A stretch of DNA of 64,000 nt from Wickerhamiella versatilis (GCA_030867685.1 JAQOWU010000007.1:62001-126000); one strand, 5' to 3'; shown: positions 34,327 to 45,663, counted from the stretch's first letter. The notes: generated by a model not told the origin, from the letters alone. Program-made: numbers and translations.

Positions 34327-35229
34327 CTACTTATCACCACTATAAGGATCGTAGACAGAGGGCCAGCTTGCAGGATCAAAATCATTCGATAGATAGTGCT
34401 CATCTGGGTTACCAAGCTCTGTAAGCTCGTGTTCCGTGAGTCTGAAGTCGGAAACGTTAATATTCTCCTCCATGCGCTGCCGGCTCGTAGTTTTGGCCAA
34501 CGGGATAGCACCAAAGTCTAAGGACCATCGCAAAAGAACTTGAGCCGAAGTCTTATTGTACCGCCTAGCCAGTTCATTCAGAGAGCTTTCTTGTGTAAGT
34601 CTAGTTCCTCGAGTTAAGGGCCCCCAAGCTTCGAAAGCGATACCATGAGTCCGCAAAAAATTTACCAACTCCTTTCGCTGTAGCCAAGGGCTCAATTCTA
34701 TCTGATTCACAACGGGTAAAGGCAGTTTTGCATCGATAATCTCTTGTAGGTGATGAATCCCGTAGTTAGATACTCCGATATCCTTGACTAGGCCCTTTTT
34801 CTGAGCACCTAGTAAAGCCCGATAAGTGTTGAGCCGTGTTTCGGGGCTACCAGATGGTAAATGCACAAGCAGTAAGTCGATATACCCTATTTGTTGGACA
34901 CGATGAAATGACTCACAAATCAGCTCATATGCAATGTCATAGGAGTAGTTCGCCCCAAAAATCTTGGTCGTATAGAAGATATCACTACGCTTCACGTCTG
35001 GATAATCTTTCAAAAATTCAGAAATTGCCTCACCTGTAGCCTTCTCATTCTTATAGCGAGCAGCAGTATCGATCAAACGATACCCTGTGTGAAGAGCATT
35101 ATACACAATTTCTTTCGTAGCCGAAGGATCAACCTTGTAGACGCCAAACCCCATGCTGGGAATCGTTCTACCACTAGACAACTTCACCTCTGTGGGAGAA
35201 TCTTCAATCACAGTCGTACAAGATGCCAT
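34327..35229 (-). CDS. Aldo-keto reductase
   Basis: Motifs GYRLIDTA..Y.NE, TTK, DLLLVH, IGVSNY, NQIELSPW and AQVLLRW. Confidence 0.95.
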   Translation of the reverse strand: MASCTTVIEDSPTEVKLSSGRTIPSMGFGVYKVDPSATKEIVYNALHTGYRLIDTAARYKNEKATGEAISEFLKDYPDVKRSDIFYTTKIFGANYSYDIAYELICESFHRVQQIGYIDLLLVHLPSGSPETRLNTYRALLGAQKKGLVKDIGVSNYGIHHLQEIIDAKLPLPVVNQIELSPWLQRKELVNFLRTHGIAFEAWGPLTRGTRLTQESSLNELARRYNKTSAQVLLRWSLDFGAIPLAKTTSRQRMEENINVSDFRLTEHELTELGNPDEHYLSNDFDPASWPSVYDPYSGDK

Positions 35230-35675
35230 ATTTCTGATTTGAAAAGAAACTCTCTTCGCCGCTTAAATACTTGCCATGCTCACCTTCGATTTTCCCGGGT
35301 AAGGGTAATCCTGGCAAGTGGGCTATCTGCCACGAAGTAACTATGGCTCAATTCATCACTTGAAACTAGTTGAGAATTATGACGTAGTCTAATATATTAC
35401 CAGAGCTTGACTGGAAGCTGCAAGGCAATAAACACTCTAGAAATTGATCTATGACGATGGGTGCTGCGGTCAGGGCTGATTACTGTATTTTGGTATATAC
35501 ACCGTTGCTAGCTCAGCAACAAGAACCATCTCCCCCAGCAAAACTGAAGAAAACCAAAGCGCTTCTCAGCTAATTACCCAAATATACAATTTCTCCTTTT
35601 GCGATGGCCTCTCGATAAAATCAAGATGAAGTCAATTAGTTCATGGAAAGTGGGGAGAATGACTTGGTACGTCAT

Positions 35676-35692
35676 TGACGTCATTGACGTCA
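35676..35692. promoter_or_regulatory. Tandem CRE (TGACGTCA x2) bZIP sites in a divergent promoter
   Basis: tgacgtca-t-tgacgtca, preceded by tacgtca. Confidence 0.5.
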
Positions 35693-36296
35693 AAACCCTT
35701 ACCCAAACATCACTTCTTTAATCGTAAGACACACAACGTCTGGCAGGACGCTATCTTGAATAGTCGTTCCTAACTACTCAATGGCTTGAAAGTTAGTGAA
35801 ACTACAGTAGGTGGTTGTCAATTTGTAGGTAAACATGCATTTTGACCAATCTTCTAGCCCTCGTGTTGGTAAACGAGTGACACACGATGACACAAGTATG
35901 AATGGCCATCTTCCCCACTTATTCATCGGCATATTTCTTTGCACAGGTACCTGCGTCCACTGTTATAGAGCAAATTTTTATCCGTCGCCTTTCGTGAGTA
36001 TTGGAGTATAAAATGATAGACAATTCTTATAGTTGTAGCTCAACACCAGAATGACCACCTTAGAGTATATATTTCTGTTTAAATTTGCAACAATGGCTCT
36101 GGGGGGAGTCTCTGGGTTTTGGAGGTAACCGCAGCCCAACATTGCACATTTAATTAATTTCTCGAAGCGATATTAGGCTATGTTAACCTAAAAGCTTAAA
36201 AAATTAGCGAACTTGTTTTACTCTTATGATAAAATATACCGACGAACTGCTTAAATATGCCAGTATACCAGCTCAATTGCCATCGTTCTTTTCCTC

Positions 36297-36854
36297 ATGC
36301 AATTCACCACTCTTTCCATCCTTGCCTCTTTCGTTCTTGCTGCCCCTTCAAACTTCGACAACACTGTTGATGACTGCTTCGACCAGAGTGACTACGATGC
36401 TAACTCCAATCCTAATATGGCTGGCCTCCATAATGCCATCACGAATTCAAAGCAGGTCGTCGACACTCTTGCTGGTCAGATCAAATCCGGTGACGGTCAC
36501 GCCGTTGCCAGTTCCCTAAACGCCTTGATCACTGGAACTGACTCCCAGATTGACAATGTTCTCGGTATGCTCACCGACTCCAAGCTGCTGACATATGCTT
36601 CCCTTGGTATCAACAAGGACATTGGTAACTTCCTCCTCGGCGACTTCTTCCAGTCGGTAACCAACGGTGTCGAGGTTCTGATCGGTAACATTGGTGGTGG
36701 TGCCATAGACTTGATCACCGACGGTGGGGTCAAGGACCTTTCAGAAGCCATTGGCAAGCTGAGTGACATGGCATCTAAGGACTATCACGTTAGCGATAAC
36801 AAGGTCAATGCCTTGACCAACGCCAACACTCAGCTTATGCAGCTCAAGCATTAG
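36297..36854 (+). CDS. Small secreted protein of unknown function (possible cell-wall protein)
   Basis: Signal peptide MQFTTLSILASFVLAAP. Codon usage is strongly C-ending, unlike its neighbours. Confidence 0.8.
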   Translation: MQFTTLSILASFVLAAPSNFDNTVDDCFDQSDYDANSNPNMAGLHNAITNSKQVVDTLAGQIKSGDGHAVASSLNALITGTDSQIDNVLGMLTDSKLLTYASLGINKDIGNFLLGDFFQSVTNGVEVLIGNIGGGAIDLITDGGVKDLSEAIGKLSDMASKDYHVSDNKVNALTNANTQLMQLKH

Positions 36855-36924
36855 ATTACAAAATGGCGGTGTATTTTAGAGAGATTTAATCATAAACACA
36901 ATATAGATTCGCTTGCTGCCTTCT

Positions 36925-36966
36925 GCGACAAGACCAGTGGACTATCTTGCATTGTCCAACCAGTCT
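36925..36966 (+). repeat. Dispersed element, extended 42-bp copy
   Basis: gcgacaagaccagtggactatcttgcattgtccaaccagtct, 16 bp from the siderophore transporter stop codon. Confidence 0.95.
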
Positions 36967-36982
36967 GACTAGAGATTTATTA

Positions 36983-38899
36983 CTAGATAAAGAAGTCAAT
37001 TAACTTTGTCGAACGGGAACGATTATCTGAATGAACACCCTCTTCATCTTTTTCAGTCTCATCATTTTGATTTCTTAAGTGTTCACCAATTGGTTCAGCC
37101 AACGTATAATGTTCATTTAGGTGTGGATTGGGCAAAAATAAGCCAAATACGAGCGTAGGTACACAAAGGCACACACCAATGATGCACATTAGTCGTTCAA
37201 CAACTCTATAAGACTCTATTGCAGCAGTTCGACGATAGTCTCCCAATGGATAGAAGGAATAGGCATTTGCAGGACTTTCATAAAACCATTCCGCAACTGT
37301 CTCACCGTTTGTTGGCGCACTCCCAGTTCCAAGGTCTCTTTGGGCTTGAGAAATAATTTTGGATGAGACCTTCTCATCCCCAAGTCGGCTTATTAGCTCC
37401 GGAAGCATTCTTTGTGTCCATAGTGCGCCTGAAACACACTCTCCAAATCCAAATCCAATAGCATACATCGCGTTGTAAAGTCCAGTCACGGTACTCAGTT
37501 GCTCGTGAGGAACAAGGGACTGGGCAATAGTCTGACCAATATATGGATAAAATCCCTCGCCAATACCCATCACAACCTGCGTACCAATAAATCCTGCAAG
37601 TCCTCCCCCGTCATTTTGGCCTCGGTATTTGACCATTAAACCAGTGCCAAGTGTGAAGCAAAGAATACCAAAAATCAGCCAAATTTTAAGTCGACGAGTG
37701 AAGTATATTATAAGGCCCGCAAATGGAGCTGTCACTGCATCGCAGAATGAATACAAGTTGCTAATACGAGCTGCGGCTGCCGCACTTTGGTCATAGCCGA
37801 CATAAAGTACATTTAACATGTACTCCATCACAGTCATTACAACAAAGTCCCCAAAGACGGCCACCCCAAATGCGGCCCAAATATAAGGGTTTTTAATTCG
37901 ATGGAAAGGAAGAAGTGGATGGGGCGAAAAATATTCCCAGAGCACAAATAGTGGGATGCACGCAAATCCCACGCAAAGCGGAGCTATAATCCTAGCTTCT
38001 TGCCACTGGTCATTTACGCCACCTGCAATTGTGAGTGGCACTAAAATCATGATAAGGGCACCCAAAATAAATATCATACCCACCACATCAAGACGCCAAA
38101 AGAGGTCCACCGCTATATTCTTTAGTGAACCGGTGCGCTTGAAATATGAATCGTAATTCAATTTTCCCTGCTTATTAGCTTTATATGTTACCCAACCCAG
38201 AGATGCTATCAATGGCAGAGAAAATACACTAACAATAATACACCACATACCAATTCCCCATCTCCAGTTGTTTTGGGGGCCAACATCATTAATGACACTA
38301 CCAGATGCCCAGGTAGTAATAATATTTGGCGTTACTGGGATGATAGCAAAAAAGTATCGCCAGCGAACGTTAGTAAAGTCTGCCATGATGAGCTCTTCAA
38401 TTAGCGACATAATGGTAAATCCAAAGATTTGAACTACTGAACCACCAGCATAGGTTTGAACATCCTTGCACGCTGCTAAGATGACAGTTCCAACAACGTA
38501 GACAACAACAGAAAATATAAGCAGCTCTAAGCGGCCAAAAATATCGGCGAGCTTCGCTGCAGGGGGGTAAACCGCAGCTCGTACAACAGTAGTCACAATA
38601 CTGATTGTGGAGATAAGAGCCTGGTTGTGGAACTCTGAAGTGGCAAAAGTTTCATACGTGCTTGACACTGAGCTGTTGAAGTAGCACACAAACGATAGAA
38701 GAAATACGCCAGCCGCGATAGCAATCCTGTCTACATTTGACATAACAGCGAGCGTTGCTTCGGCTCTCAATACTCCAGGAGACTTACTTTCCTCCTCTGC
38801 AACATACTTAGGATCCCAAGCGTATCTTTCCGGCGTTGTGGCTTCGTCTGCGTTCGTGTCAGTGAGGAATGTTGAGCCCGGCTTTATTTCAGGATTCAT
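36983..38899 (-). CDS. Siderophore-iron transporter (Arn/Sit1/MirB family MFS)
   Basis: Motifs SPGVLRAE, AKLADIFGR, WRWGIGMW and FWRLDVVG, with about 14 hydrophobic segments. Confidence 0.92.
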   Translation of the reverse strand: MNPEIKPGSTFLTDTNADEATTPERYAWDPKYVAEEESKSPGVLRAEATLAVMSNVDRIAIAAGVFLLSFVCYFNSSVSSTYETFATSEFHNQALISTISIVTTVVRAAVYPPAAKLADIFGRLELLIFSVVVYVVGTVILAACKDVQTYAGGSVVQIFGFTIMSLIEELIMADFTNVRWRYFFAIIPVTPNIITTWASGSVINDVGPQNNWRWGIGMWCIIVSVFSLPLIASLGWVTYKANKQGKLNYDSYFKRTGSLKNIAVDLFWRLDVVGMIFILGALIMILVPLTIAGGVNDQWQEARIIAPLCVGFACIPLFVLWEYFSPHPLLPFHRIKNPYIWAAFGVAVFGDFVVMTVMEYMLNVLYVGYDQSAAAAARISNLYSFCDAVTAPFAGLIIYFTRRLKIWLIFGILCFTLGTGLMVKYRGQNDGGGLAGFIGTQVVMGIGEGFYPYIGQTIAQSLVPHEQLSTVTGLYNAMYAIGFGFGECVSGALWTQRMLPELISRLGDEKVSSKIISQAQRDLGTGSAPTNGETVAEWFYESPANAYSFYPLGDYRRTAAIESYRVVERLMCIIGVCLCVPTLVFGLFLPNPHLNEHYTLAEPIGEHLRNQNDETEKDEEGVHSDNRSRSTKLIDFFI

Positions 38900-39578
38900 G
38901 ATGAAAAGAAGTCGAGCGTCTTAGATGTTTTAGACAACATCTATGACAAATATACCCTTTTTTCTCCCATCCAAGACAAAACCCTTGCCGCTAACTCTCA
39001 ATGATGCGTCTGATTTTATAGATAAAGGGTGATGTTATGACAATATCTTAAAGCTAAAAAGTCAAAAAATCGATATAATATATCCTTGTTGTTTCTCTTG
39101 AGAGATCAAAGCATTCAAATCGTAGCCAGTGACAAGACTGAAGGGGTCATCTGATTTGTCAAGTATGTTAGATCAGAGTCATGTAAGGATATTAATATTA
39201 CTTGTTTCTACATATTGGCAAAATGTCAAAGGAAATTCTGGAGGCGTAGGATATGAATAAATAAATTGTGTAGTTATCACTAGCATGACACTAGCAACAC
39301 AACTTCAACTTATACCCCTGAAGAGGGAAGTTATTATATTAGTTTTTAGGAATAGCATAGTACAATGGCCAAAAGTTCGGCACTTTTCCATGGTATAGTG
39401 CATTAATTCCTGATAAATACTTTTTTTAGTTACTAGAATTCCTGCATTAGCCTTTGGTGTCCTAGTGTATATGTCATATGCTGCTCATAAAAGAGGTGGA
39501 TCAGGCTCTATGTGAATGTATTCTAGCTTATCTTGTCGTAGAAAGTGAATATATTCAGGCTTAAAGTCGAAATAAATA

Positions 39579-39620
39579 GCGACAAGACCAGTGGGCTATC
39601 TCGCGTTATCGAACCAGTCT
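39579..39620 (+). repeat. Dispersed element, extended 42-bp copy
   Basis: 37/42 identical to 36925-36966 (counted by hand). Confidence 0.93.
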
Positions 39621-40925
39621 AAGGTAGTTCCGCATTGCGGCGATAAATATATTGATCATTTCGATTTCCATGGGCATGGGCAATGTTGGGTTATTACATA
39701 ACTTCGGCCGGCGAATTTTATTCCCGAAATTTGTTAACGCCAGGGTAGTCATCAATCGAGAGTACTTATAACCCAAGAATTACTTCTATTTCATGGCAGT
39801 CTATAAAAGTCCATCTGAACTCAGTTCACAAATTAGCTCTCCCTAGTATATTTTTATTCATTTCACGGTTCCTGGCAGCCTACAGGGCGCTGTGATAGCA
39901 AACCTTCAACTTGACCCTAACCACAGGGCTCATCACATTATCACCTGAGGGCATGAAGTTACCATATCAAAAGACCCTGTGATCTTAATGGCAGTGTGAA
40001 GCCGAAACCAAGATGAAATTGTTCATGGATATTACTTGCTAGAGGTGCGTTAGGTAAGAAAAATGAATTTGAGTATACAGAGATTCTAGAGAACGTGCAT
40101 GATGTTTCTAAGCGAGGAGGTTTAAGACAGATCAGACCATGGACCTTTCAGGCAGCGAATATTCAAATTAATATTTCATTAGCAGTAAGTTCCTACGCTT
40201 TTTGGCTCATTTAATTGCATTAAAACTAGCCTGTCCAGGCTCTACCTAGACGACTACTACCCAACATTGATAGAATTTGGCCTCTGCTTCTTGCATCCTG
40301 TGCTTGGTAGTATGCTAGGGCCGCAGTCAACGAGAGATATTTAAATTAGAAGTTCAAAGATATGTGAAAATCAGCTGAATTTTAACGTCGAGTATAAAGA
40401 ATGTGACATTACCGACCTTCGGGACTTTCGTCTCGAAATTGCACGATTTCGCCTTGTGCCTATTCATATAAGCATTTAGTCGTTCGCTGCGCTCATATAG
40501 CTGGTGTGTTGGCAAAAAAGTGAGTATAGCAGTGAATTTGTTGATGCAGGAATGCATTATTTGGTTTCTGTTTCACTGGTATGTCTAACAGTGTCAATAC
40601 CTACTTGTTAGATATTAACCCAGACTAAAGCACATCCTCAACTTCTGCGGCGAATAATCTTACATGCTATCTTTTTTGGAGCAGCATACTTGGGCTATAT
40701 CACGCCAATGATGAACAGAATTGGTATAGGCTGAACGTTTACTTTATTCTGCTTTTGACACTCAGTGTACCCCATTGATAAACTCTCAGTTTAAATATGG
40801 GTAGCTTTGGCGTAACAGGCGAGTTTTGAAGTGTGAGCCTGCAATTTCTGCAAACTGAGGCAAAACTGACTCTAGAAAATGAGGATATTCAGAGCTATTA
40901 TATTCCATCCTGTGTAATGTTTTGC

Positions 40926-40956
40926 AGTGGGCTACCTTGCATTGTCTAACCAGTCT
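40926..40956 (+). repeat. Dispersed element, complete copy
   Basis: agtgggctaccttgcattgtctaaccagtct. Confidence 0.95.
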
Positions 40957-41015
40957 CGTAGAAAAAAAACAGAGGTGTTGTAACTAATTCAGATCTATTT
41001 TACACTAAATTCTAA

Positions 41016-42518
41016 CTAATCCACATATCCATATTCATGAAAACTATTGAGGATTTGAGATTTTAATGATTCCGGATACGAATGCTCAAAGGAAGCTGCT
41101 GACGCTCTCATTTCACCCTTGAACTGCTCGGGAAAAAGGCAGTTTATAATCATGTTCCCCCCTTTTCCTGACGCAAGATCGTCACCATTAAGGTAGGGTA
41201 CAAGTGGAAAAGTGCCAATATCCGGATAGCTGATAAAGTCATGCTTTGGATGTGCCCGACTGGCTAGGGTCCATACCACCTGGTCTATATTGGTGATGTC
41301 AATATCATTACCCACGATAATAACCTTCGGCACCAGATTGCCAGCATGGGTTTTGAAATGAACTTGAGCCACTCGGTCTGCGAACTCTTTTGCATTGGTA
41401 TTCAATTTGGCTAGTTGCGCGACATCGACCGATATAACAACCCAGCAAGCAACCGCTTCGTATGAACACCAAGCCATGTCCACTGGTAGTCCTCCCTTTT
41501 GAAGGTCTTCAAGTACCTGTGCCGAAATCATAGTACACCAAATGGTATGATTTTCTTCAGCGGGTAGCCCAGCGACACAGATGGGTAGGATAGGGTTATT
41601 TCGAAACGTCACCGCATTGACGTTAAAAACAGGCTGCACGTGGCCTTCAGTATGTTGATAGCCATGGTATTCTCCCATAGGTCCCTCTACCGCGGTTTCG
41701 TGCATTGAAATTTCTCCTTCAAGCACGATCTCAGCATTCTCAGGTACCCATAGATTGTTTGTTTCAGCCTGAGCAACCTTAAGTGGCTGTCCTAACAAAG
41801 CTCCTATATATCCTGGCTCACTCACCCGGGCTGGAAGGGGCATTCCTGAAACAGCTATAGCAGCGGGTGCGGCACCAAGCGCAAAGGCCCAAGGAGTTGG
41901 CTTGCCTTCGCGAGTCCACATGTCTCTTATCATACCAATATGCTGAGTGGGAATTGTAGGCCCTGTGAGTTTGTTGTGGTCAACTAGCATCATGCGCCCA
42001 ATGCTCCAACTGTCCCAGGTCTGATCAGGCGATTGAACTATATGGAAGCCGTAAGTACCAAGGTAGCGACCTCCATCTTTCTCATGTAAAAAAGGGATAG
42101 GGAGCCGGTTGAGATCCACTTCGTCTCCCACCCACTTGTTTTCCTTTACAGGACCCGTTTTGACTCTAACGGGGTCAATAGGTGGTGCCTTCATGGCATC
42201 ACGAATACAAGCAATCAACTCGTGCGGCCGGGTATTTTCAGGCAGGCCGAAATGCAACGCTAGGCGACTATACTCGCGTGATTTATCCTTCAGCATACCA
42301 GCCGGTGCGCCCAGTATACGAGAACCAGGCAGAGCATCCCTGATGTTACTGAATAGAGGAGCCGGCAGCCGCTGCTCGTATACTCTTCTGCAAACTGCAG
42401 CAACTTCAAGATATGAGTCCACTTCCTTTCTCACATCAACCAAGTCGTTTCTACTGCGTAATTCATTCAGAAACGCACGAAAATCAAGCGCCTTGTCGAT
42501 CAGTTTCTTATTCGACAT
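41016..42518 (-). CDS. UbiD-family prFMN-dependent decarboxylase, HudA/PA0254 (pyrrole-2-carboxylate decarboxylase)-like
   Basis: Motifs LHEKDGGRY, WSIGR, EIVLEG and EGPMGEYHGY. From memory, the whole sequence resembles Pseudomonas HudA more than yeast Fdc1. Confidence 0.9.
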   Translation of the reverse strand: MSNKKLIDKALDFRAFLNELRSRNDLVDVRKEVDSYLEVAAVCRRVYEQRLPAPLFSNIRDALPGSRILGAPAGMLKDKSREYSRLALHFGLPENTRPHELIACIRDAMKAPPIDPVRVKTGPVKENKWVGDEVDLNRLPIPFLHEKDGGRYLGTYGFHIVQSPDQTWDSWSIGRMMLVDHNKLTGPTIPTQHIGMIRDMWTREGKPTPWAFALGAAPAAIAVSGMPLPARVSEPGYIGALLGQPLKVAQAETNNLWVPENAEIVLEGEISMHETAVEGPMGEYHGYQHTEGHVQPVFNVNAVTFRNNPILPICVAGLPAEENHTIWCTMISAQVLEDLQKGGLPVDMAWCSYEAVACWVVISVDVAQLAKLNTNAKEFADRVAQVHFKTHAGNLVPKVIIVGNDIDITNIDQVVWTLASRAHPKHDFISYPDIGTFPLVPYLNGDDLASGKGGNMIINCLFPEQFKGEMRASAASFEHSYPESLKSQILNSFHEYGYVD

Positions 42519-42583
42519 TCAATTAATAATCACGTAACGGCAATGAGCAGTACCTCAGCCGTTTTATAGTACAGGCAAATCCA

Positions 42584-42614
42584 AGACTGGTTGGACAATG
42601 CAAGATAGCCCACT
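42584..42614 (-). repeat. Dispersed element, complete consensus copy, followed by a partial second copy (42625-42670)
   Basis: agactggttggacaatgcaagatagcccact. Confidence 0.95.
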
Positions 42615-43625
42615 TCACTACCCGAGACTGGTTGGATTTATTTGCGATCGAACCACTTATTCTCCTAAAGGTGTATAATTCTCTATGTCGGGATCGGGTA
42701 GGCGTTGCCGAAAGTTGATTTATAATCCAACGCAACGTATTGATCCATTAAAATGTAGGTATGTTCGTTTGCCCCTAGCAGTGTTCAGCGATGCGATACT
42801 CAATAGTAAATAGATAGATAATATACGATTATGTCTCGCAATATCTAAGTCGTGAGTATAGCATTAAGTGGTCGACCAGATTATGTTGTAGATAAAGCTA
42901 ACGGGATAATAGGATGCTTATAAACAAATGTATTGGCATAAACAGAACTTGAGCCTTCACATATGCCTCTGAATAGAATAGTGATCTGTAGATTCTGGTG
43001 TCTAGCATCGCCCAGCCGATCCTAAATTAGGTTGTCTTACGTCATTCAGCAAATCACCTCTTAGGTTATCTAGCATTTCTCAGCAAATCAGATTTCATAG
43101 ATTTCATATCAGACATTCCGGAGACATGTACTGAGAGAACTGGTGAAGCACGCTTAGCTCTTGATAAACAGTACTATCTATTGCTAGCATTTATTAACAG
43201 TATGAGTCAATTCCATTGTTGTACCTGAGGCTGCTAGCCTAACCTGGACACTAAGGTGGCTTATACCGGCCCCAGAAACATTCTCCAAGTAACATCTTCA
43301 CTCCATCCATTGATTCAGCTAAGCACCGAGCCGTAGGAATGCTGGCATGTAATTCAGGTATTGTAGTAACAACTTACTTCATAAGCAGAGCGTACAAGAG
43401 GAACAAAATGTCTCAAAGTGAATTTATTTTTGCAGACCCTGTGGTTGACTTTCCTAATGGGCTCCCTGTAGGACCTCGGAGCACAGGCTTTGTGCTGAGG
43501 CTAGTTGACGCTGTTTTTCTACTAGTTGTTTGACCTGATGTGACACCACTTCGTAATAGACGTCATAATTGCAATTAACGAAAGAAGGCTACCCTGGATT
43601 GTCATTATTATTAATTTTATTTCAG

Positions 43626-45548
43626 TTAAAAGGTATCTTGGAAAAAGTTCGCAAATCTATTAAGGACATTGTCATCACCAATTGTGACCATCGAATCATG
43701 TATGCCCCGAGGGACCACATAATACTGGTCACTGCGAAGACCGGCATTTCTTATAAAGGCCTTTGAAGAATTCACAACCGTGTCAGATTCGCCGTATGAA
43801 ATGAATACACTCTGAGGAAGAACTGGCTTCCAGTTAATGCCAGAGTCATTCGCGGGTGCCACAACTTGAGGCTGGAACCATAATGGGTTGGCAACATTGG
43901 CACCCAAGGCCCAGGTCCAGATAAATGAGTTAGCAAGCCCACTGTAATCAGACCACGGAGATGACATTGCCAAACCTGTGGTTGCATTATTCACTGGCAC
44001 TTTGGGAAGAGATGGGTAGGGATTTGCCTGATGCAACAGGAACTGTAATCCCAAGTGAGCCCCAGAAGAGTCCGTAAATATTATTATATTGGACGAGCTT
44101 TTTAGCAATTCATTGTAAAGCAAAATTGTTTCGTTCAGCTGGTATGGATATGGTCTTTCCGTTCCCAACGTGTAATCCAAAACCATTAGAGATAAACGTG
44201 GGTTATTTATCTTCTTGATTAGGTCATACAACATACCCGTCTGGCTAGGAATTAATCCCCAAAAGTAGGATCCCCCATGAAGGAAAAGTATCACAGGATC
44301 TTCCTTTGTACGGTTTGGTGCCTCAGTAACCCATATAGCCTGATCAAAATGTAGACCATCCACAGAAAATTCCTTTCCTTGATTAGGGAGACATCTGATA
44401 TTAAGAAAAAAAAGATTCTGCTTAACAGTCAGTCGTGGCGAAAAAAGGCTGTAATCGGACGGATTATAGGTGCTGGACGGGATGGGTCCAGCCCATGAGT
44501 TATAGCGAGCTCTCCAATTCTGAAGGTCCATACCTGGGTACGGGTAAGGGAATTGATAATCAACGTAATCCACAGCACATGGCGTGCAAGTATTATTGAA
44601 TTCCTGATTCAGAAAATTAGAACAGTTTGACACTGGTACATGAGTGGTGGAGGTAGCGGGTGCTGTACTTAATGTATTCGAAGCACGGTTCACTGTGTGA
44701 GAAGCAATACCAGACGCATTCGATGCTGAGAAGCTGGCAGAGGGACTCTGCGTGAAGTACTCAGTGACGGAAGTATTCCATAATGGATTCGGAATACTGG
44801 AGCTGATCAATGGACTATAGTCACTTATAGGGACAGAGCAAGGGGCACTGGTTCCATATTCAGTGATAGTCTTTGTTGCTGAGCTTGGAACTCCTGACTC
44901 CGTCACGGTTTCAGTGATTACTGAAGCCGGCGCTGTCACTGATCTTGCGGTCACTGTTTCGGTTACAGTCTGGGTAACAACGGACATCAATGGCTGACTT
45001 AAATCCACAGTCGTTGTCCCATTTATGACTTCAGTGACGGCAGGTTCTCCAGAAGCAGGTTCAGTTGTTACTGAGGGGTTGAGCGATAGCTGCGTGGAAG
45101 CGAAGGTTGACTGCTTCTCAGCGGTTTGAGAATTTCCGTCGCTCGTTTCATGGTGATTAACGGCAGCACTGCTGGTGCCCCATTTAGGTGTACTGCCAGT
45201 GACAGTCGGGCTCCTCATAGTCATTTCTGAACTCACAGAACTTGTGACATCATCCTTAAGGGATGTAGAGGTTGCGATAATATGCCTCTTTGTATTTGAG
45301 CCCGAGTCAGTCTCTACGGAAGAAGGAGGAAAAGCATGATCTATACTGCTGGCGTTTGAGTATGATTTGGACATCACTTGTCGAACGGACGAGATATTGG
45401 TAGCTGCTAATGTATTACTGCTGTCGCTAACCCGGGTAACATCATGATAGGGAGCCCACGACGCGTTTCCTGAGGAACCTAACGTCAAATTTGCGAGACA
45501 ATGACTGAAGAAAACCAGCCAAATATAAGAGTTCAACCAGCCCATCAT
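43626..45548 (-). CDS. Secreted Say1-like esterase with a long Ser/Thr-rich N-terminal stalk
   Basis: Signal peptide and about 290 aa rich in S/T, then DPVILFLHGGSY, TDSSG and a C-terminal GIHD. Confidence 0.85.
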   Translation of the reverse strand: MMGWLNSYIWLVFFSHCLANLTLGSSGNASWAPYHDVTRVSDSSNTLAATNISSVRQVMSKSYSNASSIDHAFPPSSVETDSGSNTKRHIIATSTSLKDDVTSSVSSEMTMRSPTVTGSTPKWGTSSAAVNHHETSDGNSQTAEKQSTFASTQLSLNPSVTTEPASGEPAVTEVINGTTTVDLSQPLMSVVTQTVTETVTARSVTAPASVITETVTESGVPSSATKTITEYGTSAPCSVPISDYSPLISSSIPNPLWNTSVTEYFTQSPSASFSASNASGIASHTVNRASNTLSTAPATSTTHVPVSNCSNFLNQEFNNTCTPCAVDYVDYQFPYPYPGMDLQNWRARYNSWAGPIPSSTYNPSDYSLFSPRLTVKQNLFFLNIRCLPNQGKEFSVDGLHFDQAIWVTEAPNRTKEDPVILFLHGGSYFWGLIPSQTGMLYDLIKKINNPRLSLMVLDYTLGTERPYPYQLNETILLYNELLKSSSNIIIFTDSSGAHLGLQFLLHQANPYPSLPKVPVNNATTGLAMSSPWSDYSGLANSFIWTWALGANVANPLWFQPQVVAPANDSGINWKPVLPQSVFISYGESDTVVNSSKAFIRNAGLRSDQYYVVPRGIHDSMVTIGDDNVLNRFANFFQDTF

Positions 45549-45621
45549 GCTAAAGAACGTGTGTGGTGAGGATGAGGCGAAATGTAGATATTACTCGAGC
45601 ACACGTCGCATACCCTAACAT

Positions 45622-45663
45622 CTGGAATTGTGACGCGTGAAGCTTCACGCGTCACAATTCCAG
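45622..45663. repeat. Perfect 42-bp palindrome
   Basis: ctggaattgtgacgcgtgaag|cttcacgcgtcacaattccag, with no spacer. Confidence 0.97.
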
